Below, piece by piece: positions 62,233 through 64,000 of a stretch of DNA of 64,000 nt (its first letter is position 1; each line of letters opens with the position of its first letter). The notes beneath the pieces were generated by a model. That model searched no databases, was not told the origin of the DNA, and saw only the letters and a list, made by a program, of their open reading frames with translations. The DNA lies in IMG/VR virus record IMGVR_UViG_3300033418_000001, positions 1 through 64,000 of that record; one strand, written 5' to 3'. Origin of the DNA: a virus. Both the position numbers and the translations under genes were made by a program.

Positions 62233-64000
62233 GCTACCTCCGTCCTCATCATACCACGGTAGGAAGGGATGCTCAATCCTTTGACGACAGGATGGGACTG
62301 CCGCCACCGAGAATGAAGCCGGTCCCAAGCTCCTCTTCGGTCTTGTCCGAGATGGGCATCAATGACGGCTTGGTAGGCGTCTCTTCCTTCTTGGCGGGTG
62401 TCCCAACTGCCAAGGAACTCGCCACGTCCGCGCCACTGGGAGATTTCGATTCCATGTCTCGCTCCTGCTTCCTGAACCTGCTTCTTGAGTTGAGTGCCCG
62501 GGTCGAACACGTACACGTCGGTGTGCCCTGAGTGCGGGACCATGGTGTGGAACTCCAACCCGGCCTCGCTGAACTTCGCGTGCACCGACTTCAGATCGGT
62601 GTCCGACACCTTCACCTTGTACATGGAGTCGGGTCCGTCCTTCTCCACCTTGAAGGGGATCACTGCCTTCTGATCGGCAAGCATACCCTTCATCGCTGCC
62701 GACAGCCTGATCTGATCGTAGGAGGCGTTACCATAGACGCGACCGAGCATCGTGTTCTCGGCCCCGTCACTCCACGCACCGACGCCACTCTCATGCTTCG
62801 AACGCAGATCAAGCAGCGCATCCACTTCCGTAGCAATCGCCACAACATCCTGATGGCGTGCCGCCCGTACCGCACCCTCCGCGCCTTTAACGTCCATGCC
62901 TTCATCGACGTTGGGGGAGACGAAGGAGACACCCTGACCATTGCCCGCGACAGTGAAGCGTCCCCGCTCATCGTGGTTGGGGTTGAACTTGCGAGCGCGC
63001 CCCTGATCGAGGTCCAACACCTGTGCGTCGATATGCACTGTGTTGTTCATCGCTTCGAACGCAACTCGATGGTGTCCGTCAAGGAGGTACATCTTGCCGC
63101 GATGCCGAGCAACCTGCACTGGCTTCGCGTTGACGTTCTTAAAGTTCTTCACAGCTTCGTGATGCACGACGTTCTGCGTGAAGATCAAGTCCCGTATCGC
63201 CACAACCTCAACGGGCTGTTGGGAGAAGAGAACGTCCCGGGAAGCCTTCTGCTCCTTTCCCGAGTCGGCGTTGATGTCGGTGCCCTGTAGCTGCATCAGG
63301 TCTTCGAAGAACGGCACCTTGGTGTACGGCACGTAGGTGGCGTCGGGGATGATGCTGCCGAGCGGCTTCACCTGCTTCGGGTCACTGAGCGGTCGCCTCT
63401 CCGGCTTGAGGTCGATGATCTTGCGGTCGAGGTCGGTGAACTCCGCGTTGCCCACGCCACCGGAGGCGAAGCGGCCCAACGCATCGTGGTGCGGGTTGAA
63501 CTTCAGCACCTCCATGTACTCGTCCGCCTTGCGCGACTTGCGGTAGTGCGGGTTCTCCTTGCGGTGGTCCACCACCAACACCGGAGGCTCAGGCCACTTC
63601 ACCATGTTGTGGTGGATGGTGTAGCCCTTGTTGAAGTAGCGCACCATCTTGTCGAAGTTGGCCTCGTTCTTGTAGTTGCCACCGTTCTGCCTGCCATCCG
63701 GCCCCGTGGTGCCCACGATCACGTCAGTGGGCACGTAGCGGCCCCCGGGCTGTAGCGCCCGCCGCGCCGAGCGCGTCGCCGCATCCTTCGGCGGCAGGAA
63801 CATGTAGGCGCCCTTCAGATCGAACCCGGCCTTCTTGAACGACAGGACGAGCGAGGTCTTGTCGCTCTTCAGCGTCATGTCCAACACCATGCTGATGCGG
63901 CTCACCCGGGCGTACTCGATCAACTGCTTGAAGATGTGGTCGCCCTCTTCGTGCCACAGCCCCGCGTCGGCGCCGTTCCACTCCCCATGGTTGACCTGCT
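62214..64000 (-). CDS. Polyvalent protein (partial): zeta-toxin-like kinase C-terminal half, ParB-like domain and an unknown domain
   Basis: HEE...VLDMT...F..AGF...A..R..RR...GRYVP; LLDGHHR; two KFNP.HD..GRF tags. The frame stays open to the window end. Confidence 0.65.
   Translation of the reverse strand, partial: QVNHGEWNGADAGLWHEEGDHIFKQLIEYARVSRISMVLDMTLKSDKTSLVLSFKKAGFDLKGAYMFLPPKDAATRSARRALQPGGRYVPTDVIVGTTGPDGRQNGGNYKNEANFDKMVRYFNKGYTIHHNMVKWPEPPVLVVDHRKENPHYRKSRKADEYMEVLKFNPHHDALGRFASGGVGNAEFTDLDRKIIDLKPERRPLSDPKQVKPLGSIIPDATYVPYTKVPFFEDLMQLQGTDINADSGKEQKASRDVLFSQQPVEVVAIRDLIFTQNVVHHEAVKNFKNVNAKPVQVARHRGKMYLLDGHHRVAFEAMNNTVHIDAQVLDLDQGRARKFNPNHDERGRFTVAGNGQGVSFVSPNVDEGMDVKGAEGAVRAARHQDVVAIATEVDALLDLRSKHESGVGAWSDGAENTMLGRVYGNASYDQIRLSAAMKGMLADQKAVIPFKVEKDGPDSMYKVKVSDTDLKSVHAKFSEAGLEFHTMVPHSGHTDVYVFDPGTQLKKQVQEAGARHGIEISQWRGRGEFLGSWDTRQEGRDAYQAVIDAHLGQDRRGAWDRLHSRWRQSHPVVKGLSIPSYRGMMRTEVAWQTRR

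Larger units (their letters stand above)
1..64000 (-). mobile_element. Segment of a large tailed (siphovirus-like) bacteriophage or prophage genome
   Basis: Co-oriented, tightly overlapping minus-strand genes: portal, MuF, XkdF-like protease, HK97-type capsid, major tail protein, frameshifted tail chaperone, tape measure, polA. No host housekeeping genes, integrase or att site seen. Confidence 0.95.

Noticed and set aside
62273-62455. 60-aa minus-strand ORF
   Set aside because: Nested inside the 62214 polyprotein ORF with no motif; a real small gene or a frameshift here cannot be fully excluded.
27-63755. Many long plus-strand ORFs (e.g. 28117..30615, 60148..62262, 38967..40739)
   Set aside because: Antisense shadows of GC-rich minus-strand genes; no motifs, and they fully overlap well-supported CDSs.
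1-64000. tRNA, rRNA, integrase/att sites, tail sheath
   Set aside because: None recognised; intergenic spaces are too short for RNA genes, and no contractile sheath signature was seen.

Overview
This 64-kb GC-rich window is part of a large tailed dsDNA phage (or prophage) genome, and every gene I can support is on the minus strand. In transcription order (right to left) it holds four blocks. (1) An early/accessory block with three sigma70-like promoters: a truncated PPDK-like dikinase, a Zn-ribbon/wHTH protein, a CsrA-like protein, two CX5R phosphatases and a family-A DNA polymerase. (2) A head module: portal, MuF, XkdF-like protease, scaffold and HK97-type major capsid, interrupted by about 9 kb of multi-enzyme 'polyvalent' proteins. 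(3) A siphovirus-type tail module: connectors, major tail protein, a -1 frameshifted chaperone and a tape measure. (4) A long tail-tip/fibre region ending in a glycosyltransferase and a methyltransferase. Two patterns are not explained by the gene list. First, a 16-bp quasi-palindrome KTGCAGA(CA/TG)TCTGCAM occurs 16 times, every 1.4-6.6 kb, both inside genes and just after stop codons, with one copy on the start of a wHTH gene. Second, a peptide tag K-[FY]-N-P-N-H-x2-3-G-R-F (variant HPREPxG..GGQF) occurs 12 times in six ORFs at the boundaries of unrelated enzyme domains (metallopeptidase, GNAT, topoisomerase IB, ART-like, papain-like, HD, ParB), suggesting protease-cleaved, capsid-packaged cargo. 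Other notable items are an unannotated 59-aa NrdD glycyl-radical mini-protein, CAP domains in a tail-tip protein and apparent avoidance of SCTGG and several 6-bp palindromes. All calls were made by eye from motifs and synteny; no database searches were run.
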